Notes: generated by a model from the letters alone, not told the origin. DNA of 64,000 nt from Bacilli bacterium (GCA_017429285.1 JAFRPF010000016.1:27616-91615); one strand, 5' to 3'. Positions 47,979 to 59,140 are shown, numbered from the stretch's first letter. Translations and numbers: made by a program.

Positions 47979-50954
47979 ATGAATAAATTATTTACAAAGA
48001 TCGTCGGTGTTGTTTTAGGTGCAACCATGGCGGTCGGAGTAGGCGTTGCTGTTGCTAGTAATAGTAAGGTTAGTGAAGTTAACGCTGCTGCTGGTGATAA
48101 AGTTACTAAAACTTTAACGTTTACGTCTAATTTTTATGGCATTAGCACAACACAAGGAAATCAGACTTTGACTGGTGATGGTGCTACTTACGGATTTGAA
48201 TTTGTCAAAGGTAGTGGCACAGGTGCAAAAGCTTCTGGCAGTTCACCAAGCTCAACCTCATATGTTTTATTTGGAAAAAGCGGTGTTTATTTTAGAAATA
48301 CATCTGCTCCAGCAAATTCGTATATTTCAGCTATAAGCTGGACTTATTCTAGTGGTGTTTCAACAAACGTCGTCCTTGGTATTGGATATGGTGCTAGCGC
48401 ATTAGATGCTAGTGCTTCTGTTACAAATCAACCGAAAGCGACACAAAGTGGTACTGTTAGTTTGACTCCAACCGATACCAGCAAAAGTTATTTTATAATT
48501 AAGGTTACTAACGCTTATAACTGCCAATGGAAAAGTTTTTCTGTGACCTGGACCGAAAAAGCCTCGTCAAAAACTCTTTCTAGCATTTCTTTGGGCGGAT
48601 CTTATCCAAAATCATTTTATACTGGCGATACTTTTAGCCATACTGGAATGACTGTTACTGCCAATTATAGCGATTCTACTAGTGCTGATGTCACAAGTAG
48701 TGCAACTTGGTCGTCACCTGACATGTCTACTACAGGAGAAAAAACCGTTACGGTATCATATACGGAAGGTACTACAAAAACAGCTGATTATGTCATCACA
48801 GTTACTGCTGCACCTACAGCTGTATCAGCTGAAGTCATAAATGACATGAGTAAAAAAGCATATTATGTAGGTGATCCATATGATGTTGATGGTTTAACTC
48901 TTAGAGTTACATATGATAACTCTGATACTAGAGATTTTGATTTCAAAACAGAATTAACAAAAGATACAGACTATATACTTGACCATGATAATGCTGTATT
49001 AGGTGATGTTGAACTTTATTTGTCAGGAGAATATCTTGGATGCGAATTTGATTTCACTGTTGAAGGTATTACAGTCAGTGCCGCTCCACAAAAGTACACG
49101 ATTACTGGGCCTTCTACGACTCAAGCTTCTGGCACAGGATTGACTGTTGAAACTCTTAATGAATACTATCCAATCGATAGTAGCGCATATATTGAATGGA
49201 CTGCTGTTTCTGGAAGTGCTTATGGTTCATCAACCTCTGCAATGAGATTTGGTACCAGCACTGCTTCAGCTTCTGGTTATGTTACCTTGAGTCTTAAAGA
49301 AAATGCGCCTATTTACTTTACTAAAGTAGTTGTTAATGCAAAGACATGGAGTAGCGAAACTGGCAATACTCTAAAAGTTAATAATTCAACTAAAGTAGTT
49401 ACGACTAGCTATGAAGATTATGAGTTTTCAATTGAAAGCGATGCAACAAGTATTAATTTCGGTAATGGAACCAAACGTGTTAACATCTACGCAATTGATG
49501 TTTATTATGGTGAAAAAACACCTGTATTGCATGTTAGTTCTGCTTCTGTCGAAGCTGCGATTAACACAAATTCAACTCATGTAACATTTACATACGATAA
49601 TTACACACCAACGAGTTATGATGCTGTTGTAAAATCAGGAAGTTCATTAAGTAAATCTGCCATCGCTTTTGACACTAGCGTAACTCCGCATAAAGCTACT
49701 ATTACTACTGGAAATACTACAGGCACTACAGTGTTTACCATTACTGGAACTGGAGGCGACAAATCTGCTTCTGTTGATGTTGCAGTTAATGTTACTAATC
49801 CTCGTAACATTATAAATTTGGAAATCACTACAGCAGGAACTTTAACATTCAAAGTTGGCCAAGCATTTGATGTTGGAAACCTTGTTGTTACTGCTACATT
49901 TGACGCTGATCCAACAACTGTTGTTTATTCAAAAGCGAATGAAAATTTGGGCGAATTAACATTCAGTCCTGAAATTGGATACGAATTCGTTGAAGCTGAC
50001 ATTGGTTCTCAAACTATCAACATCAGCAAAGCGGTTGGAACTGGTGACGAGAGCACAAGTTATATCGTTACTGTTTCTGATAAGGATTATGCTGCTGCAG
50101 TTACTTCGATTGATAATTTATGGGATGGCCAAAAAGTCTATTTCTCAAACGGCACTGATAGTGCGTTCCCAATGTATACTTCAGGAAACAATGTTTCCTC
50201 AGTTAGCGCAACTATTCACAGTTCAAAAGGCATAGATATTGTTTCTACAACCGCATATCAGTATACAGTTGGCAGAGAAAAAGTCGATGATACTGTTTAT
50301 TACACTTTTGCATTAGTTGATAATAACACAATTTATTATTTAAAGGATGCTGGTACAACTAGTACAAATGCAATTGCTAAAACAACGGACAAAACTGATA
50401 ATACAATTTACTGGACAATTTCAGCGGGAGCAAAAGACGGTCAATGGCACATTGTTAATAAGAGCAATACAGACAAACCAACACTTCAAGTAAATGGAAC
50501 TTATTTATCTTGTTATAACAATAACCAAACAGACCCGTATTTATATGCTGTTACGTCATATAGCAAAGAAGCTGTTGCAGAATCGTTCAAACAAAATGCC
50601 CTACACTTTGCGGATTATGATCCTTCTCAATCAACAAAAGGAAAGGATACTGGTGCTGGCTGGTGTAAAGACAGCGAACATAACTATTATCAACACGCCA
50701 AGAACGTTTGGAATGCTATGACAAATGATGAAAGAGGCGCTGTTGATCAAGATGCGCTTGATAGATTATCTGCATGGGCATCAGCTAACGGCGATGTCTT
50801 GAATGGAACAAATGTACTTTCAACAAGAACATCAATTAGTTCTCTTTTACGTGAAGGTTCTGCTGTTTCTATAGTTATCATTGTTTCATCAGCTGTTACC
50901 TTAACCGCTATAGGTGGTTACTTCTTCATTAGAAGACGTAAAAAACAATATTAA
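47979..50954 (+). CDS. Large surface protein with bacterial Ig-like domains and a C-terminal TM anchor
   Basis: Signal peptide ending SEVNA; three Big_3-like units (YTGDTFSHTGMTVTANYSD, YVGDPYDVDGLTLRVTYD, KVGQAFDVGNLVVTATFD); TM followed by RRRKK; RBS AAAGGAG. Confidence 0.85.
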   Translation: MNKLFTKIVGVVLGATMAVGVGVAVASNSKVSEVNAAAGDKVTKTLTFTSNFYGISTTQGNQTLTGDGATYGFEFVKGSGTGAKASGSSPSSTSYVLFGKSGVYFRNTSAPANSYISAISWTYSSGVSTNVVLGIGYGASALDASASVTNQPKATQSGTVSLTPTDTSKSYFIIKVTNAYNCQWKSFSVTWTEKASSKTLSSISLGGSYPKSFYTGDTFSHTGMTVTANYSDSTSADVTSSATWSSPDMSTTGEKTVTVSYTEGTTKTADYVITVTAAPTAVSAEVINDMSKKAYYVGDPYDVDGLTLRVTYDNSDTRDFDFKTELTKDTDYILDHDNAVLGDVELYLSGEYLGCEFDFTVEGITVSAAPQKYTITGPSTTQASGTGLTVETLNEYYPIDSSAYIEWTAVSGSAYGSSTSAMRFGTSTASASGYVTLSLKENAPIYFTKVVVNAKTWSSETGNTLKVNNSTKVVTTSYEDYEFSIESDATSINFGNGTKRVNIYAIDVYYGEKTPVLHVSSASVEAAINTNSTHVTFTYDNYTPTSYDAVVKSGSSLSKSAIAFDTSVTPHKATITTGNTTGTTVFTITGTGGDKSASVDVAVNVTNPRNIINLEITTAGTLTFKVGQAFDVGNLVVTATFDADPTTVVYSKANENLGELTFSPEIGYEFVEADIGSQTINISKAVGTGDESTSYIVTVSDKDYAAAVTSIDNLWDGQKVYFSNGTDSAFPMYTSGNNVSSVSATIHSSKGIDIVSTTAYQYTVGREKVDDTVYYTFALVDNNTIYYLKDAGTTSTNAIAKTTDKTDNTIYWTISAGAKDGQWHIVNKSNTDKPTLQVNGTYLSCYNNNQTDPYLYAVTSYSKEAVAESFKQNALHFADYDPSQSTKGKDTGAGWCKDSEHNYYQHAKNVWNAMTNDERGAVDQDALDRLSAWASANGDVLNGTNVLSTRTSISSLLREGSAVSIVIIVSSAVTLTAIGGYFFIRRRKKQY

Positions 50955-51325
50955 TAATCTTTATTAGATAAAGGGGATTAGGAACTTTTAGTTATGACCG
51001 ACTAGGAAGTTCCTTCTTCCTTTATAGGTTTTAAAAATAGAACTTATAAAGGAGGAATAACAATCCTCTATATCATGATGTTCATGCATCTAATTTATAT
51101 TAGGGACATTATGATATGGGCAAATAGTGTGGTTCCTTTCGCTCCTAATAGGAGAGATAAGAGTTTAGTTCATAAACCACCACAAGATTTGTGACTTATT
51201 AATTTAATAAGTATAAGCCTGAATTATGAACACAGGTGACCGCTAACCAATATATTATTATTGGTTGATAAAAAGCCCCAGCTCTATGACCTAATTGACC
51301 GTTAGTGAGAGTGAGGCTTTTTATT
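50955..51325 (+). ncRNA. Candidate structured 3' RNA region (~370 nt) ending in a terminator
   Basis: About nine consecutive hairpins, e.g. ATAAAGGGGA..AGGAACTT/AAGTTCCT..TTCCTTTAT, ATATCATGATGT/ACATTATGATAT, AAAAAGCC/GGCTTTTT. Confidence 0.45.
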
Positions 51326-51396
51326 ATCCTTATTATATATATTTATATAAAAAATATTTATATTAATTTATTAGATAAGTATATACTTTAGATATT

Positions 51397-53250
51397 ATGA
51401 AAAAGATTATAAGAAATGTTTTAGCAGGATCACTACTAGTAGTGTCATTATTATTTACCGGTATTGGTATATCAAATAGTCAAAAGATGTATGAAACTAG
51501 GGCGGCTACATCAACCACATTAGAAACTGGTTTCTTTGAAAAGATTACTGATGTTAGTTCTATTAGTAGCGATGATCAAATAATTATTGTCTCCACAAGC
51601 GGAGATGTCTTTGACTATATGGCGGGTAATCCATGTTTTGCGACCGCGTCTAATAGTAACTCCCTTTTATTAGGAGAAGAAAACGAATATCTATACTTAA
51701 ATAGTAAAAAAGTCCAATATTTAAAAGTTGGTCCTGGTATATCAGAAAATACTTTTGCTTTCTATAATAAAATCGCCGTTGTCGGTAGCTATGGCGAAGC
51801 GAATGATGGCATATCTTATTTAGGACCTAATACCGAAGAAGATTATGGACAAGAAAATAATTATAAAAACGTCGCTTGGTTTATGAATGGTTTTGGTGTC
51901 AGACCTCATTATGATAAAAGAGCGTCTTGGACATTAGAATATGATAGTAATCATAAAGTCATGAAAATGGCTAATTTAGATGCCATAGAACCATATATGT
52001 ATTTACATTTTTCCCGTGGTGGAACTAGACCTAATTTCAACTTCTGTGAAGATGGGGCCATAAATGTAAATTTATTCCGTAAGAAAACTATCCAATCTGG
52101 CACTATACATATCACTAAACAACCAGATAAAACTACTGGTTATAAACCAGGTGATAAAATCGATATGTCTGGTTTAGAAGTTGAATATAAATTCAACGAA
52201 GTAGAGAAGATACCTATTAGTTATGATGATTATTCTTATTTATTCTCTTCTCCCGGAAATGCTTATAGCGGTGACATTTCTTCTGCTACATATACGGTTA
52301 ACTTTACATGTTTAGGGATGCCTGCAAATTTTGATATTACTGTTAATGGTGGTGCCTCTTTACATACCTATACAAAATTAACCACCTTACCAGTGGATTA
52401 TCGTGGTTCTTATATCATAAGAAATAATTCGTCTTTCTTCATGGCGAATAATGCCGAGGCATTTAAAAATGGTTTTGCTTTTGGGGAAGAAGAACCTGGG
52501 GAACAAATTGAAATCAATGATTATCGATTAGATAACTTTGTTATCACCATCGAAAAGAACATCATTAACGATACTATCTATTACCACGCTAAAAACAATG
52601 AAGGAAAATATTTTGATTTAGGTGAAGAGGGAAGCGGTCAATCTGGTATTAGTTTAGTGGAGACACCTACAGCTAATAACGCTATAACAATTACATCTAA
52701 TGGTTTATTAATGATTGGCAATAAATATTTAAATGGTAGTGGTTCTAACTGGACATTAGATGATACTACTTATGCTATGGTTATTTATAAAAGAACATAT
52801 ATCTATGATGAAAGTGATGATTCTAACGAAGTGACACTCTTCGCTAAATATTTTGTTAACGAAGTATTAGGACATTGTGACACTAATGGTAATGAAGATC
52901 TAATTGATAGCTATTTCACCACTAGTAAAGAGATGTTTGAAGATCTTAGCTTAGATGCAAAAGTGATATTCACTAACTGTACATATGAATTAGAAAATAC
53001 CACTTATGTGAAAAGAGCGGTCCAAGGATATGATTACATCATCTATAAATATCATCGTAGTAAGATTGATTATTTAGATCGTATCGAAAATGGATTTGTC
53101 ACTCCTAAAAAAGATAGTTCTAATTTAATGAAAGTGATATTTAATGATAATGGACCATTAATTAGCATTATTATCGTTTCTTCAGTTATTATCGTTTCTT
53201 CTGTTGGCGCTTACATTTTCTTTAATAAAAAGAAACGTTTAGCAAAATAA
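51397..53250 (+). CDS. Surface protein with an Ig-like domain and a C-terminal TM anchor
   Basis: Signal peptide ending ETRA; YKPGDKIDMSGLEV Big_3-like motif; C-terminal TM followed by KKKR. Confidence 0.8.
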   Translation: MKKIIRNVLAGSLLVVSLLFTGIGISNSQKMYETRAATSTTLETGFFEKITDVSSISSDDQIIIVSTSGDVFDYMAGNPCFATASNSNSLLLGEENEYLYLNSKKVQYLKVGPGISENTFAFYNKIAVVGSYGEANDGISYLGPNTEEDYGQENNYKNVAWFMNGFGVRPHYDKRASWTLEYDSNHKVMKMANLDAIEPYMYLHFSRGGTRPNFNFCEDGAINVNLFRKKTIQSGTIHITKQPDKTTGYKPGDKIDMSGLEVEYKFNEVEKIPISYDDYSYLFSSPGNAYSGDISSATYTVNFTCLGMPANFDITVNGGASLHTYTKLTTLPVDYRGSYIIRNNSSFFMANNAEAFKNGFAFGEEEPGEQIEINDYRLDNFVITIEKNIINDTIYYHAKNNEGKYFDLGEEGSGQSGISLVETPTANNAITITSNGLLMIGNKYLNGSGSNWTLDDTTYAMVIYKRTYIYDESDDSNEVTLFAKYFVNEVLGHCDTNGNEDLIDSYFTTSKEMFEDLSLDAKVIFTNCTYELENTTYVKRAVQGYDYIIYKYHRSKIDYLDRIENGFVTPKKDSSNLMKVIFNDNGPLISIIIVSSVIIVSSVGAYIFFNKKKRLAK

Positions 53251-53282
53251 GTGTATAATATAAATATAGAGGGTTTTAATTT

Positions 53283-53696
53283 ATGAGAAAAACTGCGAAT
53301 ACATTAATCTTAGTTGGTGCGATTTTATCAATCGTCATGGCGGTTTCATTTTTAATTAGCGCGATCGTTTTCTTTGTTATTAGTAGCGATGCGGTTATTG
53401 AAGAAATGCTTAAAACAGCAACGTATGATGTCACTGAGGAAGAAGCCAGAATGATTTTAAAAACTACATTTATTACCTTAGGCGCGGTCTTTGCTTTTGT
53501 TTCTACCTTTGATATTGTTAATGCGATTATCGCCTTTATTAGTAGAAAGAAAGAAAGTAAAGCCGCTTATATCTTAAATATCGTCTTCGGTTTACTTTCT
53601 GGTGTAGAAGTTAACGCTGCCGGTGGGGTTGTTGGTACAATCTATATCACCAAAAAAGAGATTAAAGAAAAAGAAGCTATTGAAAACCAAGAATAA
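53283..53696 (+). CDS. Hypothetical membrane protein
   Basis: Three to four hydrophobic helices; own promoter and terminator. Confidence 0.7.
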   Translation: MRKTANTLILVGAILSIVMAVSFLISAIVFFVISSDAVIEEMLKTATYDVTEEEARMILKTTFITLGAVFAFVSTFDIVNAIIAFISRKKESKAAYILNIVFGLLSGVEVNAAGGVVGTIYITKKEIKEKEAIENQE

Positions 53697-53805
53697 TCGT
53701 TTTTATTAACTAGTAGAATAAGTTTCTTTCTTAGTAGAGAAACTTTTTCTTTTAGTAGATTTAATTTGTAAAATTACTTATTTAATATATAAACGGTGAT
53801 TAGTT

Positions 53806-54732
53806 ATGGCTATTAAAGTTTATGCGGATGCGGGAAGTAATTTATTCCCCGAAATCATTAAAGAAAAGAATTTAGATATTAAAGTCATAAACATGAAGTT
53901 ATATATCAAAGGAAAAGAATATAACTGTTATGACAAATCTTTTGATACGGAAAAAGTTAGCAAGATCTTCTATGAAGAACTTGAAGGAGATAATGATATC
54001 CATACTTCTTTAATTAATCCAAATGATTATATAGAAGCTTTTAAAGAAGATATCGCTCTTGGTCATCAAATAATTTGTTTTACCATGGCTAAAGGAATAT
54101 CTGGTACATATCAATCCGCGTGTATCGCTAGAGATATGATTAACGAAGAAAAAGGCAAAGAAGTCGTTTATATCATCGATTCGATGACCGCTGGGTTAGG
54201 AGAAGGCTTACAAGCTATTCGCCTGGCTAACGAGGTAAAAAGTGGCAAAGATTATCAAACTTTAATTAAAGAAGCGGAAGAATTTAAATTAAAGGTGAGA
54301 AGCGAATTCACCGTCGATGATATTAACTTTCTAGCGAAAACGGGAAGAGTGAATAAAGTTGTCGCGAAAATCGCTAATGCCTTAAAGATTAAAGTCTTAC
54401 TGAAGGGTAGCGAAGAATCCACAATTGTGCAAACTGGTAAAGTGGGTGGTAGAAAGCTAGCTTTAAAGAAATTAACTAATCAATGTATCGATTATATTGT
54501 TAATAAAGATTCTCAAACTGTTTATATTACTCACTCTAATTGTTATGAGGATGCGCTTAAAGTGAGAGATAGCTTATTAGAAGCGGGTATTAAAAATATT
54601 GAAATATTTAATTATGATTTAGTGACTGGTAGCCATATCGGTCCTCGCGCTTTAGCGATCTTTTATGTCGGTAAAGATAAATCATTTAAACCTTTATTAT
54701 CATTCTTAAAAAAGAAAGATAAAGAAGAATAA
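53806..54732 (+). CDS. DegV/FakB family fatty-acid-binding protein
   Basis: TSLIN, ISGTYQSA, IDSMTAGLG, L.KTGR, GSHIGP. Confidence 0.92.
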   Translation: MAIKVYADAGSNLFPEIIKEKNLDIKVINMKLYIKGKEYNCYDKSFDTEKVSKIFYEELEGDNDIHTSLINPNDYIEAFKEDIALGHQIICFTMAKGISGTYQSACIARDMINEEKGKEVVYIIDSMTAGLGEGLQAIRLANEVKSGKDYQTLIKEAEEFKLKVRSEFTVDDINFLAKTGRVNKVVAKIANALKIKVLLKGSEESTIVQTGKVGGRKLALKKLTNQCIDYIVNKDSQTVYITHSNCYEDALKVRDSLLEAGIKNIEIFNYDLVTGSHIGPRALAIFYVGKDKSFKPLLSFLKKKDKEE

Positions 54733-54757
54733 AAAAGCACATCTTCGTGATGTGCTT
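54731..54757. terminator. Terminator between convergent genes
   Basis: AAAAAAGCACATC-TTCGT-GATGTGCTT. Confidence 0.75.
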
Positions 54758-54776
54758 ATATTTTATATAAGAAGGA

Positions 54777-55451
54777 TTATTTAGCTTCTTCTACTGGAGC
54801 TTCTTCTTTAACTTCCTCAGCTTTTTCTTCAACTGGGGCTTCTTCTTTCTTTTCCTCTTCTAGTGGCTTATCAAAAATCATAGTGGTTCTAGCAGTGGCC
54901 CATTTATTGATTCTCACTGGAACAAACCAAGCGAAGATGGTTAAGGTGATGATTGATAAGAATTCATAAAGAATCCATCTACCAATTAAGCTACCCGCTT
55001 TACCATCGAATTTTAAACGATAGCCGTTAACGACGGTGTGGCTCACTCTCCATTTATATAACCAAGCATACGCGAGTGGATAAAGGATACCAAGAGTTGG
55101 GATGGTGACTAATAAGCCTAAAATCGACCAACCAAAATATTGACATGTTTTACCATCAAAATATGTATTTTCTTTGCTTTTTTCTGGAATGATAGCGACT
55201 GGTTTTTCAACCTCGACTAATTTTTCAACTTCCACTGGAACTTCGACAACTTTTTCGACTTCCACAGGAACTTCAACGACTTTTTCAACAACTTCTGGTT
55301 CTTTCTTCTCTTCAACCTTTTCTTCTTTTGGTGCGTAGAAAGGAGCGTTTGGATTGCCGTTATCAAATTTAAATAATACGTTACAACGTGGACATCTATT
55401 TGGTTGACCTTCGAAAATAGCACCACATCTTGGACATCTGAATTTTCCCAT
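54777..55451 (-). CDS. Zn-ribbon + VEVP-repeat + DUF898-like membrane protein
   Basis: CPRC..CPRC; (VEKVVEVPVE)n; YFDGK..YFGW, TLGILYP, G.RL.FDG motifs. Confidence 0.7.
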   Translation of the reverse strand: MGKFRCPRCGAIFEGQPNRCPRCNVLFKFDNGNPNAPFYAPKEEKVEEKKEPEVVEKVVEVPVEVEKVVEVPVEVEKLVEVEKPVAIIPEKSKENTYFDGKTCQYFGWSILGLLVTIPTLGILYPLAYAWLYKWRVSHTVVNGYRLKFDGKAGSLIGRWILYEFLSIITLTIFAWFVPVRINKWATARTTMIFDKPLEEEKKEEAPVEEKAEEVKEEAPVEEAK

Positions 55452-55505
55452 AATTTTTACCTCTTATTTTAATTATAAGTTTAAACTTTTAAGTTTCAAT
55501 AGGAA

Positions 55506-56744
55506 TTAGATTAAGTCTAATTCTTTTTTAATTCCTTCCTTATCAAGATTTTGTCCGATAAAGACAAGCTTAATTAATTTATCACCGTATTTTTCATCCC
55601 AGTCATGGGCGAAGTTTTCATCATTTTCAATTAAATATTGAATTTGTTTCTTACTAAGTTTACCAGAATACCATTCTCCGGTTCTTTCGAGTTTTCTTTG
55701 TCGACCAGCGGATTCATAAACACAAGCGTATTTTTCTTCACCTAAGAAATATAAAATGCCTTTCGCTCTGATGATATTACGTCCGTTATTTTCGATCCAT
55801 TTGACGAACTTTTCTTTATCAAATGGTCTTCTACGATAATAGACAAAGGTATTGATATCATATTCATCAGCGGTACCTTCATCATCATTTTCATCGATTC
55901 CATGTTCATGGTGATGATGGTGGTGATGTTCATGTTCTTCATGTTCATGATGGTGTTCATGTTCATCATCTTCTTCATCATGATCTTCATCAGCGTCAAC
56001 TTCGTTGCTCCAGTCTTCAAATTCTCTAATCCAAGCCGCAGAGGTAGAAGCCACTTCGAAGTTAAAAGCGTGGGTATCGATTAATTCATCGATATCGATA
56101 TTACAATAATCACATTCTAAGATTTTGGCTTGTGGTTGAAGCGCTTTTACAGCAATCTTTACCTTTCTTAATTCTTCTTTAGAAATTTCACTGACTTTAT
56201 TTAATAAAACGACATCGCAGAATTCGATTTGTTGGATGACAAGATTTTCTAAATCTTCTTCCCCTCTCACCGTGTCTTTAAAGACATCGCCACAACCAAA
56301 TTCATCTCTAAGTCTTAAAGCGTCAGTGACGGATATAATCGCATCTAATGTATAGAACTTTGGAAGATTTTGTTTTTTAAATTCTTCTTCCATATAACAT
56401 ATCGTTTGAGCGATAGGGACTGGTTCGCATATCCCAGAAGCTTCAATTAAGATATGATCAAATTTTTGTGATTCCACTAGATCGGCGAGTTGTTTAATTA
56501 AATCTTTCTTTAAGGTGCAGCAGATACAACCATTTTGTAAAGCCACTAAATCGCCATCTTTAGAATTGACCACGCCACCTTGCTCTATTAGTTCCGCATC
56601 GATATTAACTTCACCGATATCGTTAACGATAACCGCCATCTTATGGTTTTTACTATTTTTTAAAATATGGTTAAGTAAGGTCGTTTTTCCGCTTCCTAAA
56701 TAACCAGTGATTAGAGTAATAGGTACTGTTTTAAAATTATTCAT
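55506..56744 (-). CDS. CobW/COG0523 family metal-chaperone GTPase
   Basis: TGYLGSGKTT, VNDIGEVNID, NGCICC, EASG, His-rich linker, RAKG, LVFIGQ. Confidence 0.93.
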   Translation of the reverse strand: MNNFKTVPITLITGYLGSGKTTLLNHILKNSKNHKMAVIVNDIGEVNIDAELIEQGGVVNSKDGDLVALQNGCICCTLKKDLIKQLADLVESQKFDHILIEASGICEPVPIAQTICYMEEEFKKQNLPKFYTLDAIISVTDALRLRDEFGCGDVFKDTVRGEEDLENLVIQQIEFCDVVLLNKVSEISKEELRKVKIAVKALQPQAKILECDYCNIDIDELIDTHAFNFEVASTSAAWIREFEDWSNEVDADEDHDEEDDEHEHHHEHEEHEHHHHHHHEHGIDENDDEGTADEYDINTFVYYRRRPFDKEKFVKWIENNGRNIIRAKGILYFLGEEKYACVYESAGRQRKLERTGEWYSGKLSKKQIQYLIENDENFAHDWDEKYGDKLIKLVFIGQNLDKEGIKKELDLI

Positions 56745-56887
56745 AATTTATCATCTCCGGTAATATCTTATCACTTTTTATATTTGCCGCTATTAAAATG
56801 CATTAAAATTAGGCTCATTTTATGAACAAAAACACCGATAAATGAGGAAAATAATGAAAAATAATAACAAAGTTATTAGAAAATATT

Positions 56888-56914
56888 TTAGCACTCGGGC
56901 TTGTAGAGTGCTAA
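56888..56914 (+). promoter_or_regulatory. CIRCE element (HrcA operator) upstream of clpB
   Basis: Perfect TTAGCACTC-N9-GAGTGCTAA overlapping a TTGTAG...TGcTACAAT promoter. Confidence 0.95.
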
Positions 56915-56948
56915 TTTTGTGCTACAATAGAGATGTAAAAGGAGGATT

Positions 56949-59069
56949 ATGTTTATGCAAATGGAACAAATGCCTGATTATGAAAATGATAAAGATGTCC
57001 TTCAAAAATTCGGAAGAAACATTAACGAGGAAGTCAAAAAAGGAAAGATTGACCCCGTTATTGGTCGAGATGAAGAAATTAGAAAGATTATCGAAATATT
57101 AGCTAGGAAAACTAAAAACAATGTCATATTGCTCGGTGAACCTGGTGTTGGTAAAACCGCCATTCTCGAAGGCTTAGCGGAAAGAATCGTTAAAGATGAT
57201 GTACCGACTATATTAAAGGATAAAACTATCTATGAATTAGATATGGGTGCTTTAGTAGCGGGTGCGAAATATCGTGGTGAATTTGAGGAAAGACTAAAAG
57301 CAGTCCTTAATAAAATTAAGGAAAGCGAAGGTAAAATCATTTTATTCATCGATGAGATTCATCTTATTGTGGGTGCGGGAAGAAGTGATGGTGCGCTCGA
57401 TGCTTCTAACATGTTAAAACCAATGTTAGCCAGAGGCGAGATCGATTGTATTGGTGCGACGACATTAAAAGAATATCGCGAATATATTGAAAAAGATCGT
57501 GCGCTGGAAAGAAGATTTCAACCGGTTTTAATTAATGAACCAACTGTGGAAGATACAATTACTATCTTAAGAGGACTAAAAAATAGATTTGAATCATTCC
57601 ATGGTGTCAAAATTACCGATAACGCTTTAATCGCCGCGGCAAGTTTATCTAATCGATATCTAACTTCTAGATTCTTACCAGATAAAGCTATTGACTTAGT
57701 GGATGAAGCTTGTGCTTCTATTAAAGTGGAACTAGCTTCTATGCCTAGTGAACTAGATGAACTTGAAAGAAGAATTAGACAGTTAGAAATTGAAAAAGTC
57801 GCCTTAAAAAAAGAGAGCGATGAAGCCAGTAAAAAGAGACTTTCTGATTTAGAAGGCGAATTAAATTCTCTATTAGAGAAAGATAAGTCTTTAACTAAGA
57901 AATGGAAAGAAGAAAAAGAAGCTATTTTAAAAGTTAAAGAAATTAAAGAAAAACTTGAGAAAGCAAAATTCGATCTAGATGTCGCTTTAAGTCATTCTCA
58001 ATATGAAAAAGCGGGTGAACTTCAATATAAGACCATCCCTGAACTAGAGAAGAAACTTAAAGAAAGCGATGTGAAAGGTAGCGATCATAAATTATTATCG
58101 GAAGTCGTCGATGAAGAACAAATCGCCAAGATTATTTCTCGTATGACTAATATTCCTTTAAGCAAGATCGAAAAAGGTGATCGTGAAAAAGTTTTAGATT
58201 TAAAGAAAACTTTAGCCAAAAGAGTGATCGGACAAGATGAAGCTTTAGCTTTAGTAAGTGATGCGATACTTCGTCAAAGAGCGGGTATTAAAGATAGTAA
58301 TAGACCAATTGGTTCCTTCCTATTCCTAGGACCAACCGGTGTTGGTAAAACGGAAGTGGCTCGTGCTTTAGCGGAATCCTTATTCGATTCAGAAAGCCAT
58401 ATTATCCGTATCGATATGAGTGAATATATGGAGAAATATTCGACCTCGAGATTAATTGGTGCCCCTCCAGGATATGTGGGATATGAAGAAGGTGGACAAT
58501 TAACCGAAAAGGTGAGAAGAAACCCTTATTCTATCGTCTTATTCGATGAAATCGAAAAAGCTCATCCAGAAGTCTTCAATTTGTTATTACAAATGTTAGA
58601 TGATGGTCGACTTACCGATAGTCAAGGAAGAGTGGTAGATTTTAAAAACACAATTATTATCATGACTTCTAATTTAGGTAGCGAATATCTACTTCATAAT
58701 GAAAGAGATAAAGTGGAAGGATTACTCCATCAAACCTTTAAACCAGAATTTTTAAATAGAATTGATGAAATAGTCTATTTCTCTCCTTTAAGTAAAGAAA
58801 CTCAATCCAAGATTGTGGATAAGATGCTTAATAATTTAAATGAGAGATTAAAAGAATCTTATTATTCATTTACTTTCTCTAAGAAACTAAAAGATTATAT
58901 TTTAGATAGTGCTTATTCTCCAGTTTATGGAGCTCGACCCATTAAACGTTTTATCCAAAATAAAGTGGAGACGATTATCGCTAATAAGATTATTTCTCAA
59001 GAAGTAGATACTTCTCATAAATATGAAGTAGACTATGATGATAAAGAAGTAATTATTAAAAAAGTATAA
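56949..59069 (+). CDS. clpB: ClpB chaperone lacking the N-terminal domain
   Basis: Two AAA+ modules ([16 protein letters not shown]), [10 protein letters not shown], coiled-coil M domain; 706 aa starting close to LQKFGRN. Confidence 0.9.
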   Translation: MFMQMEQMPDYENDKDVLQKFGRNINEEVKKGKIDPVIGRDEEIRKIIEILARKTKNNVILLGEPGVGKTAILEGLAERIVKDDVPTILKDKTIYELDMGALVAGAKYRGEFEERLKAVLNKIKESEGKIILFIDEIHLIVGAGRSDGALDASNMLKPMLARGEIDCIGATTLKEYREYIEKDRALERRFQPVLINEPTVEDTITILRGLKNRFESFHGVKITDNALIAAASLSNRYLTSRFLPDKAIDLVDEACASIKVELASMPSELDELERRIRQLEIEKVALKKESDEASKKRLSDLEGELNSLLEKDKSLTKKWKEEKEAILKVKEIKEKLEKAKFDLDVALSHSQYEKAGELQYKTIPELEKKLKESDVKGSDHKLLSEVVDEEQIAKIISRMTNIPLSKIEKGDREKVLDLKKTLAKRVIGQDEALALVSDAILRQRAGIKDSNRPIGSFLFLGPTGVGKTEVARALAESLFDSESHIIRIDMSEYMEKYSTSRLIGAPPGYVGYEEGGQLTEKVRRNPYSIVLFDEIEKAHPEVFNLLLQMLDDGRLTDSQGRVVDFKNTIIIMTSNLGSEYLLHNERDKVEGLLHQTFKPEFLNRIDEIVYFSPLSKETQSKIVDKMLNNLNERLKESYYSFTFSKKLKDYILDSAYSPVYGARPIKRFIQNKVETIIANKIISQEVDTSHKYEVDYDDKEVIIKKV

Positions 59070-59074
59070 GCTTT

Positions 59075-59097
59075 GACCACCTGAAAAAGGTGGTTTT
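59075..59097 (+). terminator. clpB terminator
   Basis: GACCACCT-loop-AGGTGGTT followed by T residues. Confidence 0.75.
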
Positions 59098-59140
59098 CTT
59101 ATGGACAAATTATTTTATAATTAAGTAGAGGAATTAATAT

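Noticed and set aside
55900..55995. CAT/GAT-rich low-complexity tract
   Set aside because: It encodes the normal His/acidic linker of a COG0523 GTPase.
56842..57102. 86-aa ORF upstream of and overlapping clpB
   Set aside because: It runs through the CIRCE/promoter and out of frame into clpB; no recognisable motif.
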